64,000 bases of DNA from Podarcis tiliguerta (lineage: Eukaryota): the NCBI GenBank assembly GCA_965153285.1, contig OZ229112.1; one strand, given 5' to 3'. Below, piece after piece: positions 1 to 11,607 of this stretch. Under the pieces are notes generated by a model. The model saw only the letters and a list, made by a program, of their open reading frames with translations, did not search any database and was not told the DNA's origin. The translations under genes were made by a program, and so were the position numbers. Numbering within the stretch: the stretch's first letter is position 1; the number at the start of each line of letters is the position of its first letter.

Positions 1-47
1 ACCACTACTAGAGATGGAAAAATTGAGTGAAAAAATGAAGAAAATAC

Positions 48-99
48 CTTTGCCATTATGTCAGCATATGCCATATAAAGATAATCTTCTTCCAGTTTA
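48..99 (-). CDS. RYR2: RYR2 exon ~79 (52 nt)
   Basis: KLEEDYLYMAYADIMAK; AG/GT. Confidence 0.94.
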
Positions 100-1092
100 C
101 TGTAGTGTAATAAAATGAAGAATAAGTGGTTACTGTTTATCATAAAAGAGACAATTGTTACATACCCATGAAGGGTGCTTTTATGTGCCTGTAATGTGAC
201 ATCAGGTAGCAGTTACTCATAGTGGTGCAGGCCGAACAGATCATTGTCCAACTTTGAGAAGGCTTCTGATGTTTTGCTGTCTCTATAGCCAGTTCTATGA
301 TGGCAAGCCACCTTGGCTGTGAGTCCTGGAAGACCTGCTTCCTGCCTTGCAAGCCTTTTTTCATCTGGCCTGGCAGGGCCCTGACTGACTCTAGCTGCAG
401 AAGCTGAGACTGCTTAACAGACTCTTAACAGATTCACTATTGTTTAGTGAATTTTGGTGGGGTGAGAGGTGTTTGTTGCTGTTATTGAAAAGTGGCAAAC
501 AAATAAAAATTCCCTCACATTATTTTGCCTGTTCTCCTAGAATATGGTTTTCAGCAAATGAAATATAAACAAACAAGGTCCTACGGACAATTGTAATACC
601 AAAATATTCAGTTAGTAATTGTTTTGTGCTTCAGTAACAGAAGAAAAGACATCAACATCTTTCAAAATTCAACTTTGCTCAACTTTAGCTAAAACATTTT
701 AGTTGAAATAGCTATAGCCTTTTCTCTCTTAGTGATGAATATATATTTTTTTAAAGAGATATAGATGAATTCAAAATTATTTGGTATTTATACTTCACAA
801 TCCCATTCAAAATCCTAGGAGGGAAATAACTGAAGAACAATTAAAACACTATGTGTTATATCCAACCAAGACATACTCAGAGCACACCCGCTGAAATCAA
901 TGGATCATGGCTAGCCCAGTGATTTCATTGGGTCTACTCCAATATTGATTTAGTACAATACAATCCTATGAACTGGCCCTAATTTATTTACATTTAGCCC
1001 ATTACTATTTCTAAGTGAACTAAAAATGCACATCTGGAGAGAAAGCAATTAATGAAAAATCATAAATACCCTCCTTCTCCCATCACTCTCAC

Positions 1093-1196
1093 CATTTTTC
1101 AGTTAATGCTGTTCGACTGAACAGTAAAATAAGCTGGTGCAAAGGATCAACTCTCTTAATGCATTCATCTTCTTCTGGTGGTTCTTCTCCAGGTTT
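1093..1196 (-). CDS. RYR2: RYR2 exon ~78 (104 nt)
   Basis: KPGEEPPEEDECIKRVDPLHQLILLFSRTALTEK; AG/GT. Confidence 0.95.
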
Positions 1197-1471
1197 CTAT
1201 TAAAGAAATACGAAAACATCAAGATTTTAAATATTTGATAACCTGTAAATGTGTTTATGTAGAAGTCTTATTCATATGCCATCAAATTTACTTCCATATC
1301 AATGGGCTTAGATGAGGGATGCTTGAGGAATGTGTTCTTTTCAATATGAGCTGAACTAATCTACATGCCTCAGACTAATGTGTGGATCAGAACTCAGTTG
1401 TCCAAAGACTTTCACCTTTCCCAAATATTATGTCATAGCTCTTGACTAAAAAAAAAATACATCAAACTATG

Positions 1472-1619
1472 CAGTGCTTTTTTTCTTTAAAAAAATGTTT
1501 AGGGATACTCTCATTTTCCTACTCATATTGAAATACTGCCCCTCAATGAGGCCAAACTTAGATCCACAAAATTTTTAGGGGTATGCGTACCCCTGCATCC
1601 CCCCAGGAAAAAAGCACTG
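1472..1619. mobile_element. Non-autonomous hAT-type MITE
   Basis: TIRs CAGTGCTTTTTT...AAAAAAGCACTG; perfect 8-bp TSD AAACTATG (1464-1471 / 1620-1627). Confidence 0.85.
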
Positions 1620-2345
1620 AAACTATGTTTTAAAATAGCATGTTAGACCATCTGCTAGCTACAAGAGCCTGTGAGTCCCTCTGCACAAGAGTCATCAATA
1701 TGATTTTTAAATGGCTTTGCTATGGTCTCCTGAGAGTTTAAACTTAATCACACTGGCTACAGAATTTCTAATGCCAACTGATGTCCATAAAAGAAATAAC
1801 CACAATCTCATGTCTTGCTGAAATCCCTTTTATCTGAAAATTGCATTGCTGCTTGCTCATCACAGCTCCAAGCATGGAACTGGGGATTTGACTACATTAT
1901 CTCCCCCCACATTTCCTTCACTGCCTCCAGTTTCCTGCCTCTCTGGATCTTACTTGCTGAAGCAGGTATTTTAGTCCAGCTGTTCAAAGGTCCTTTGCAG
2001 GGCTCCCTCTTGCCTGCTTTCCTGATTGTTTCCACTTGATCCAGGAGTTTCAATGTGCCCTAGATTTAGGGACTGGGAAAGGTCTATTTTGCTCCCTACC
2101 CTAAGAATATGGTTGATCAGGCCAATGGCCCAACAATCTAGCACCCTGTTTCACAGTGGCCAAGCAGATGTCTGCAGGAAACCAGCAAGTAAGACCAGAG
2201 CACAAGAACACTCTCCCCTCCTTTCGCTTCCAGCAATTGGCGGCATATTCCCTGACGTTGCCACCTTTCGGAACTGCCATGCTGTGCAAAGCAATTGCCC
2301 TCAACATCAACAAAAGGTTTTAAATACCATGAACTGCAAACATAC

Positions 2346-2442
2346 TGCTAAATCTTCTATCAGTGTGTCTTCAAAGTAGTGGTCTTCTGTTTCCACCCAC
2401 GACTTGTCATATCCTTGAAGAAAGAGATTGACAGCTCGATGC
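2346..2442 (-). CDS. RYR2: RYR2 exon ~77 (97 nt)
   Basis: HRAVNLFLQGYDKSWVETEDHYFEDTLIEDLA; AG/GT. Confidence 0.95.
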
Positions 2443-2692
2443 CTGAAAAAGAAAAGGGAAAGTAGTGTGTATGTATGTGTATATGACCATTCCATATTAG
2501 TCTAAAATTTTGAACATACCGAATAAGCAAAATAAATAACTACAACTGGTGAACAATTTAAAAAAGAGGTCTTTGTTGTTCATTCCATAAAGCTTATTAT
2601 GAATTAACTGGATATGAGGATTCATTGACTATAAGCATGATCTGAAACTACATGTCACCTTTCCTCCCTTCTATAAAGTATTGACTATAAGA

Positions 2693-2781
2693 AGATATAG
2701 ATAGATGATAAGTAGATGATAGATAGATAGATAGATGACAGATAGATAGATGATAGATAGATGATAGATGCGTGTGTGTGT
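2693..2781. repeat. Imperfect (GATA)n microsatellite followed by short (GT)n
   Basis: tagatagatagatagat runs, then gtgtgtgtg. Confidence 0.9.
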
Positions 2782-2904
2782 TTCATGGTTTGTGGAATGT
2801 GATCCAATTTTGAAACTGATTTCTGATATTATAGTTTTCATTCTCATTGCATTACATTGTACACTGCTTAGAGAGTATTGTGATTAAACATTATATACAT
2901 TGTC

Positions 2905-3660
2905 TAAATCAGTACTCTACATGGGGCTGCCCTTGAAACTGACCAAGAAACTCCAGCAGGTGCAGAATGCCGCGGTGAGACTCTTTACATGGTCCTCACC
3001 ACAGGATCACATTCACCCAGTGCTATACCAGCTGCACTGGCTCCTGGTGGAGTACAGAATCAGGTTTAAGGTGCTGGTTTTTAACGTTTAAAGCCCTATA
3101 TGGCCTAGGACCCTCATACCTACGGGACTGCCTCCTCTGGTATGCCCCACGGAGGACCTTACAGTCTGCAAACAACAACACTCTGAAGATCCCGGGTCCC
3201 AGGGAAATTAGACTGGCCTCAACCAGAGCCAGGGCCTTTTCGGCCATGGTCCCAGCCTGGTGGAACGCTCTCTCACAAGAGACTAGGGCCATGCGGGATT
3301 TGACATCTTTCTGCAGGGCCTGCAAGACAGAGCTGTTCTGCCAGGCCTTTGGCCAGAGTGCAGTCTGACCTATTTTCCTTTGTATAAGAACAAGCATGAA
3401 GGAGGCCCCCCAGGCTGTTCACAGGTCCTTATATGATCAGTGAAAGCAGTTGGTCCTGGCAAGTATTAACCGCTCTTAATCTTAACCTGATAACTGCCAT
3501 TTGTCCAGATTTTAATTTGTCTGAATTAATTTTAAGATGTATTTTAATTAAGTGGTGCCTGTTTTTATGTATACTGTGTTATTTATACGATGTTAGCCAC
3601 TCTGAGCCCGGCTCTGGCTGGGGAGGGCAGGGTTCAACTAAAAATTATCATTATTATGTT
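2905..3660 (+). mobile_element. L2-clade LINE 3' fragment (RT C-terminus plus 3' UTR); boundaries approximate
   Basis: KKLQQVQNAAVRL...HIHPVLYQLHWLLVEYRIRFKVLV and RAFSAMVPAWWNAL, typical of L2 ORF2 ends; ATT-rich tail. Confidence 0.75.
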
Positions 3661-3910
3661 TCTTTTTGCAAAGTACAAGCAGAGAAGCCAATAAGGCTTG
3701 CAGAGCCTGACTGGGAGACGCTATGATTGGTCTGATCACCCACAATAATTTTTAAATGAAGTGTATAGCCAACCTGCTAGGCATTTTTAAAGTTAACCAT
3801 CTTAGTTCCTTGTTCAATTGTATTCCCTCATTCACCCCTCCCCTCCTAGTTAGCAATATACCTAGGTGGACAGCAATATAATATACACAAATCTTCATGA
3901 TCACACGCAC

Positions 3911-4023
3911 CGTGGAAGATTATATAGTGGTGCCATTCTGAAGCAAGCCACCACCGCTCTTTTTCTCTGTTTAGATAGAAGTTTGTGCCATACTGCTTTT
4001 TTTGATCTCTGAGGATGCTCAAC
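3911..4023 (-). CDS. RYR2: RYR2 exon ~76 (113 nt; calmodulin-binding segment)
   Basis: [37 protein letters not shown]; AG/GT (GTGCGT). Confidence 0.95.
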
Positions 4024-4197
4024 CTGTAGCACACATAGAAACAGAAAACAGAAATTAAACACCTCTTCTAGACTGTTGCTTCATTAAAAAAAATAAAAAT
4101 AAAACCTCATAACAGTTGCAGGCGAAAAATACTATGCTGAAGTATGGTGTTAGCTTCTTATTGGTTCATCTAAAATGCCCTAAGCCTAGAACACAGT

Positions 4198-4228
4198 GTC
4201 CCGTCCCGTCCCGTCCCGTCCCCGTCCC
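4198..4228. repeat. (CCCGT)n pentanucleotide microsatellite
   Basis: gtcccgtcccgtcccgtcccgtccccgtc. Confidence 0.85.
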
Positions 4229-5328
4229 CCCGCCAAATTATCCCCAGTTAGGATATCTTGCTCTACTGGTTTTTAAAATGTTAAGAAATATTATATGCAA
4301 TACTATGCATATAATTTGCTTAGTATGTGCAATAACCAAATGCATATATATGCAATATATGCAATAACCAAATGTTATATAAATGGCAAAATGAAAACTT
4401 TTTAAAAAGGTTTTGGTCATCCCCATTCGAATCTTTACCAGAATATTATGGCCACAATCTAGAAAATTATGCCCCCAGCAAGTCTTTGAAAACATGTTTC
4501 TTGAACAACTGCTCCCCTGTTGCCCCACAGGAAACTGCTTTAAAAAAATAGATTTCAGAAGTCATCTGTGATACAGCACGCAAGTCTGCTGTCCAAAGGA
4601 AAACAAAGCAGATGTTCCACAGGAAACATGGAAGATTTTGGATATGCTTAAAGTTATCTGGAATATAGCTTACTACTTCTAGTAGTGGTGGTAGGTGAAG
4701 GGACTAGCAGGGGAAAAGCTTTTCTTTTTAACTTCCCCACTTCTAATTTGAAAAATAAATAGTTCAGAAAACATTTAAACTACCCGTGGCATACTTGTTT
4801 ATTTTGTAAGAAAGATCAAGACCATTAAAAAGAATTTAATGTTAATTGGAGTTAAATAGAATTAGCTAAAACATAAAATATAAATGTTACGTACATTGGT
4901 CACCACAGATTTACTTGGGAAACAATATTGGTCTTTATAGTTAATCAAAAGATAGTACTTCAAATCACATGCTGGTGAGGTCACTTTTAAATTAAAGAAC
5001 AGATCTCTGATAAAAGAGACAAATTTACCTAATTACCATGGGGGGGGGGACACATAAGGATCATACTGTGAATACGGAAACTTAATTAGTCAGGCAAAGA
5101 AATCAAAGCACCCTTTGGAGGTAATTGTGTATTACAACTGTGTATTACAAAACAACCCTCAGTGCAGAATAAACAAATGTGGAACAAGCATGTTATGAGA
5201 ATGGGCATTTAAAAATGTGATTTAAAATATAAGTTAAAAGACAAAAATATATTCATAGGTTAAAAAAAAAAACTATTAATAGGTAAAGCTAACATAATTA
5301 GCAATATGAAAAGACACTCCATACTTCC

Positions 5329-5364
5329 CCTTTTGAAAAATTTTCTGCCCCGACTAGGGAATTT
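5329..5364 (-). CDS. RYR2: RYR2 cassette exon ~75 (36 nt) with non-canonical GG donor
   Basis: Good acceptor (tttttattattacttccAG), then KFPSRGRKFFKR: same length, phase 0/0 and K....GR pattern as recalled human KSKRVGRRHYCL. Followed by GGAAGTAT instead of GTAAGT. Confidence 0.78.
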
Positions 5365-6119
5365 CTGGAAGTAATAATAAAAAGGAAAGTAATAGATGAA
5401 GCAAAAAATGAAAGACCAAAACAATGTACTTTATATAGATAAAAGAAAGCTTTGGAGAAAAGTGGAAAACCTCAAGACTTGATGGCTTTTGATTTAGGGC
5501 CAAACAACACACAAACATGTCACCTGGAACTGTGTGAATATTTTTAAAAGTGTACACAGTGTACACAGCAGTAAAAGTGTACACAGCAGTCATTTTGGGA
5601 ACCAATCAGGATCGCAGTAACATTTCCTCCTGCACTGTGTAGTCTCATGAACAGCTCCAAAGCTGCTAATTGGCATGGGAGGGAAGCTCTATTATTGTGT
5701 CAGTGGCATGTTTCAGAACATAACTGCGAAAAACCAGCCTAACTGGGAGCATTAAATCAAGTTGACTTTATTCTGGTGGTATGTGCCGTTAAATTGTTAA
5801 TCGCCTACTCATGGGCAGCATGGAAGTTTTAAATGAAAGCTATAGAAAATCATTGAGTTATGCCAGCAAATACTATGGATCTCTGTATTGAAAATACTTA
5901 TGTATGCACTTCCTAGTTGTTTTTCTGTAAATTACACATTCTGAACAAAATAGATTCATGTGTCCATAATATTTTCTCACTGTACTATTTCTTACTGTAC
6001 TATTGTGGTAGGAATCCCAGATTCCCAAATTGTCACAATGCTACAAAAAGTATATTTGAAAGCCGTAGTTGAGAGCCTTTTAAAAATAGACTTTAAGAAT
6101 ATTAAAATATATATCTAAC

Positions 6120-6254
6120 CTGTTCCAGATGAAAAAGTACACTAGCTATATCCAGGACCCTTTCCACCGTCTTCTCCGGATCTGAAGTAACTTCAGTCCT
6201 GTTTGGTAGATCTTTGTAAAGAGCAACCTGCCACCTAATGGCGGGATCTTCAAG
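6120..6254 (-). CDS. RYR2: RYR2 exon ~74 (135 nt)
   Basis: LEDPAIRWQVALYKDLPNRTEVTSDPEKTVERVLDIASVLFHLEQ; AG/GT. Confidence 0.95.
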
Positions 6255-7079
6255 CTGCAGGAAGAAGGGATTTTATGAAGAATGTAAGCATTAAAAATAA
6301 GTATCAACTTGCTAGGACCAATATAAACCATTCTTCTAACCAGAACTAGCCTACATGGGTTGCCAAGACTCCCTTGTCAAGTCTTATCCAATTTTTTCTC
6401 CAGAATTACTAACCCTGGGCAAATCATCAAGTAGCAAGATACAGCCTACAGCAGAGGACAATTTATATAACTTACACCTCCGAGACTAATACATGGACCA
6501 AAATATAGCTATCCCTTCGGATTTCACACTTTTCCAAATTTTGTGATAGAGTTATTGGCTCAAAAAAGTACCGAAAGGCTTAAAAGCACATTTTAGAATA
6601 ATATATTTTTAGAAATCTCAGTTAAAATACATATTTAAATATTTTTACGATAAAATACATATTGGAAGTACAGATAGACCCACACACACACTGCAGATTA
6701 ATGTGGAAACGGGGTGGACAAGTGCAAAACTGACATGAACTGGACCAATCCATCCATCCCTACCTCCAGATGTTGTTGAATGACAACTCCCATCATTCCT
6801 AACCACTGTTCATGTTGGTCGAGGCTAATGAGACTTTGAATTCAACAACATCTGGAGAACCACAGGTTCCCCACCCTTCTCAAAGGGAATAACATTGCCT
6901 CCTCACTGGAGGACAACCAAAAAGCTGTTTTAACTTTCTAGTCCTTTACCTTGAAAGTTCCAGCTGCTACCATGGTAGCATGATAGATAATGAGTTTGAA
7001 TACAGCAGGGCTTAGTTCTGAATAAACATTCATAGGACCACGCACAATGATGCAAGAAGTGGCAAAAAAAAAAAAAATA

Positions 7080-7415
7080 GGACCCCTGAACATTAGGTCC
7101 AGTCGTGGCCGACTCTGGGGTTGCGGCACTCATCTCGCTTTATTGGCTGAGGGAGCCGACATACAGCTTCCGGGTCATGTGGCCAGCATGACTAAGCCGC
7201 TTCTGGCGAACCAGAGCAGTGTACAGAAACGCCGTTTACCTTTCCGCCGGAGCGGTACCTATTTATCTACTTGCACTTTGACGTGCTTTTCGACTGCTAG
7301 GTTGGCAGGAGCAGGAACTGAGCAACGGGAGCTCACCCTGTTGCGGGGATTTGAACCGCTGACCATCTGATCGGCAAGTCCTAGGCTCTGTGGTTTAACC
7401 CACAGTGCCACCCAC
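7080..7415 (-). mobile_element. Sauria SINE (near full length)
   Basis: Reverse complement reads gggtggcactgtgggttaaaccacagagcctaggacttgccgatcaga...gcttagtcatgctggccacatgacccggaagc...ggggtcc; flanked by AAGTGGCAA direct repeats (7057-7065 / 7417-7425). Confidence 0.88.
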
Positions 7416-8581
7416 AAAGTGGCAAGTGAACAACAAATAACAGATAAGAGCCAGATGCTGGCATGAATGAGGCCACAACTTAATTGTCACAGAAAGAAGA
7501 GATTTGGTTTAGGCATGGATTGAATGATCAAGCAGGCTGTAGGTTACTCTCTTGTACATAAGCTTGCAAACATAAAATACACTATTTCGCACAACCATGC
7601 CTCTAATCTACTCCTCATCGCTGTCATACAGATACCAAGCAGTCAATATCTCCATTATCTCAAAGACAGAACTTTTCAGTAGCTTAACAGTTCCATATGC
7701 TGCAGGATAATTAGCCTTCCAGATATACAATATGATTTATTGTACTTTTATTGTATATTCCTTTCATATTTATATATTGTTCACTGCTCTGAGGAGCTTT
7801 GGAGCAAAAAGTGGTGGGTGTCTGCGCATGTATATTAGGATTATTCATTAATTTATATTCTGCTTAATACCAAGATGGCTTTTAAGACATACCTAAGAAT
7901 CATATAAAAATATGTCTATTGTATATTACAGTGGTTCAGAAATGGTTCTGCACGGCAGTAGCATGGTGTGGAGGCATTAAAATAAAAAAGCTCTCCATCC
8001 GTCATGTAGATTGCAGAGTTCCTGTGCAAGGGCCAGTTGCTTCCAAAAATATGCAGTAGTGTCATAGAAACTTTCCAGTTGAGGGTGCAATACACATGAT
8101 AAGCAACTCTTACATATTACAGCTACTTCAAAGAGCTGCTGCCACACAAAAGTGCTTCCAGCAGATGAGTGAAACTTTGCAAAGGTTAATTGCCACTAAG
8201 CCAGTAGCATGCTACTCCAAACAAACCACAATGTGAAGCCAAAGTCTGTTTGAGTGCAAACATCACAATCCCTGGTTCACAAGTAACACCAAGTCAAGGA
8301 CAGTGATTTGTTGCTCCTTCTAACATTAGGGAAGGAGCAAAGCAGAAGTAATCTGTGAGTACACTCTATAAGTAGAAAACTAAACTGGATATTCCTAAAC
8401 TATGCGCTTTAACCTAAAAGGCCATTAAAACAGCTACACAAAAGAGTGTTAGTTACTATGAAACAGGGCAAAGCATGAGATATTTGACTCTTTAAAACAA
8501 ACAAACTCAACTACATAGATGGTATCCTGAACACCATACAGAATACGCAAGGGTGACCAAGATGCAATACTTTAAAATTAC

Positions 8582-8641
8582 CTTGCCCTGTAAGTGAAGG
8601 TTATTACGTATAATATCTCGAACTTCATCTTCTGTGTCTTT
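8582..8641 (-). CDS. RYR2: RYR2 exon ~73 (60 nt)
   Basis: KDTEDEVRDIIRNNLHLQGK; AG/GT. Confidence 0.94.
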
Positions 8642-9839
8642 CTGCCAAGAAAATATACATATTATCAATAGGTTCATTTTGTTACAAGCATGTAGTTCTG
8701 AAAATACTATGTAACAGATCGTATTTGCCAGTAGTCAAAACAGAACAGGTTATATTCTGAATGGTGGTGGTAAGACAGTATATGGTATATATACAGTATA
8801 TAGATTGTAGTTTATTCTGTTACTAATATCTGCCTTAGGTGTGGGTGGCAATTGCCCTGTTAAGTGTGGAAACAACTGTAGTTTTGCATGTGTTTCCTTT
8901 GAGTATGGTGTGCAGAAGACCTCCAGTGCTTTTGCAAAACATTTAAAAAGAATACTTGGGGGGGGGGGGAATCCAGTTCTCACTCATTCAAGTCATTTAT
9001 AAAGATGTCAAACAACAAAGGCCCCAGAACAGAACCTTGCAGCACCCCACTTGTCACTTTTTTCCCAGGATGATGAGGAATCATTAAAGGGGGCCTAGTT
9101 GAAAACTGTGGTATTTGTTTCATATCCCTGCTTCATTAAACTTTGCAGTGCAGCCCTACATATATTTAAAAAGTGGTCCCCGCTCTATGCATCTTGTCTG
9201 CAGTATCCAAATCCTGTTTAGTGATGGTAAAACCACATCATTTTTATGCGGTCAATTTATGAAGTGGGTGAGTGAGTGATGCAGCTGTGATGGGGCATGG
9301 CTGGCTCCTTCCCATAAGTAAGCCCCATTCAGTGCAAAGGAACCTCCTGCGCCCCTTTGCTGCAACCTTGCCTCTTGCATGCAGGTGCCCCATGCTACTG
9401 GGAAATGTGGCAGCTACCCAGACACCTGAAAGCAAGAAGCAAGCAAAGTTGAAAAGTAGGGAGAGAGGATGGACTTGGGGCTTCCTCGGTCATGAACTCC
9501 TACTCACTGAGAAGCTACACTGAGTGCAAAGGCACTCTCTTTCAGGTAAATCGGCCCAGAAAGGAGAGGAAGTTGCGCTTGGAAGTTGCGCAGAAGCTTA
9601 AAGAAAATGAGGCAGGAGGGTGGTAAAGACGACACGATCTGGTTCTGGGCACTGCAGAGAAATCTGAGACAAAGTAAGAAACCACATATGCCAAACACAC
9701 CTCGCAGGATAAAGCATTTTCCCTATAGAAATAATTATGAAGAATGGCAGGTATTGAAAAATATATAGGACAAGTAAGAGGGAACACATCACCTCTCTGC
9801 CAACCTAGATATAAAAGCAGATCTGTATAGTTAACCTAC

Positions 9840-10010
9840 CATACTTAATCTGTTTTTTGCCAGTGCAATTAGTTCTTGGTCACCAGGGGCACAAATATTT
9901 AGCCCAACAGGCAGAAGTCTTTTTAAAGCTGCCACAATAAGGGAAGTCTGTGTGGAATAACGATCACCTTTCCGCTTCATTTTTTTCCTTTCCTGATCAG
10001 AAACAGCTGC
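9840..10010 (-). CDS. RYR2: RYR2 exon ~72 (171 nt)
   Basis: [57 protein letters not shown]; AG/GT. Confidence 0.95.
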
Positions 10011-10651
10011 CTGCAATATATAAGAAGAAATCATTTTCAAGTTGTAAAAAGAACAATTGGTCTTACCTGAAGTGTATTTTTGAGAGTGGGGCATCGTATC
10101 CAATGGAATGGAATGGATGTTCACCCTGTTGTGAGACACTAGACAGGAGCAAAGACTTGTGGGAAGTAGGCTGGACTCCCTCAGTTTTCTGGATTTGCCA
10201 AGCCAAGTACTGACAGAGTCCATAAAGAGAAAGAAAATACCTGCCTACTTCCCCCTTCTGGAAATTTCTATAATAAAATCTCTAAATTGCTAAGTATCTG
10301 AATGGCAAGGAAACACAACACAAGGAATGTGACAAACTAGCACTCAGGTTAGAGCATATTCCTCCCAACAGTGTATAGCAGAGCACCCTAGGGTTGGGTC
10401 CATTGGATACAATGCCCCACTCTCAAAACTACACTTCAGGTAAGTCCAGCTGTTATTTTTAGTTTGTGGGGCATCATATTCAATGGAATGGGACATACCA
10501 CAGCTGAGTCACCAATTCAGGCAGGTCCCATCTCTGCAATACACTGACTATAATACATGTTGGAGCACCGTAGGACCCAAGGCTGCCTGAGCTGAGGACA
10601 GTTGGTTCAATTTGTAATGTCTGGTAAAGATGGAAGATGCCAACCAGGTAG

Positions 10652-10897
10652 AAGAAGAAGAAGAGTTTGGATTTGATATCCCGCCTTTCACTCCTCTTCA
10701 GGAGTCTCAAAGCGGCTAACATTCTCCTTTCCCTTCCTCCCCCACAACAAACACTCTGTGAGGTGAGTGGGGCTGAGAGACTTCAAAGAAGTGTGACTGG
10801 CCCAAGGTCACCCAGCAGCTGCATGTGGAGGAGCGGAGACGCGAACCCGGTTCCCCAGATTACGAGACTACCGCTCTTAACCACTGCACCACACTGG
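10652..10897 (-). mobile_element. tRNA-derived SINE (Squam3/MIR-core-like) inserted in the DIRS YR remnant
   Basis: Minus strand begins ccagtgtggtgcagtggttaagagc (A box)...gggttcg (B box)...gtgaccttgggccagtcac (core); (CTT)n tail; GGTAG flanking repeats. Confidence 0.75.
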
Positions 10898-11367
10898 TAG
10901 CTGCCATACAAATGTCCAACATGCGCCAAAACATGAGATGGATGGGGTAATTTAAGGGAATGATAAGCCAAGAAAATACAGGCCCTAATCCATCTCGCTA
11001 AGGTTGCTTTGGAAACTTTAACCCCCAAGGTAGACGAGTGAAAGGATACAAATATAGAGTCATTATTTTGGAAGGATTTTATATAATATAAGTAGACTTT
11101 GAGAGCTCTGTGCATGTCCAGGGAGTGCCAGGCTTGCTCCTTAGGATGTTTTGGACGTGGACAGAAAGTTGGGAGAATCAGTTCTTGTTGGACGTGGCAC
11201 TTTCAAAAGGAAGGAATGGTAGCACCATCTTATCCTTGTAGAAAATACAAAGATGTTTAGGTGTAGAAAGGGCTGAAAACTCTGACACTCTGCATGCCAA
11301 AGTGATTAACACCAAAAAGAGAACTTTGAAAGAAAGGATAAGGGAAATCTAAAGAAAAGGGGGGCTT

Positions 11368-11607
11368 TGTTGTTGTTGTTGTTGCTTAGTCGTTTAGTCG
11401 TGTCCGACTCTTCTTGACCCCATGGACCAGAGCACGCCAGGCACTTCTGTCTTCCACTGTCTCCTGCAGTTTGGTCAGACTCATGTTTGTAGCTTCAAGA
11501 ACACTGTCCAACCATCTCGTCCTCTGATGTCCCCTTCTCCTTGTGTCCTCAATCTTTCCCAACATCAGGGTCTTTTCCAGGGAGTCTTCTCTTCTCATGA
11601 GGTGGCC
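11368..11607 (-). mobile_element. BovB (RTE LINE) 5'-truncated 3' end
   Basis: MRREDSLEKTLMLGKIE...WRALVHGVKKSRTRLND; (CAA)n tail; 12-bp TSD AAAGGGGGGCTT (11356-11367 / 11608-11619). Confidence 0.9.

Noticed and set aside
5524-5531. Possible 6-nt microexon CAG|TTCCAG|GTGACA in intron 74
   Set aside because: Weak polypyrimidine tract, no homology support; likely chance.
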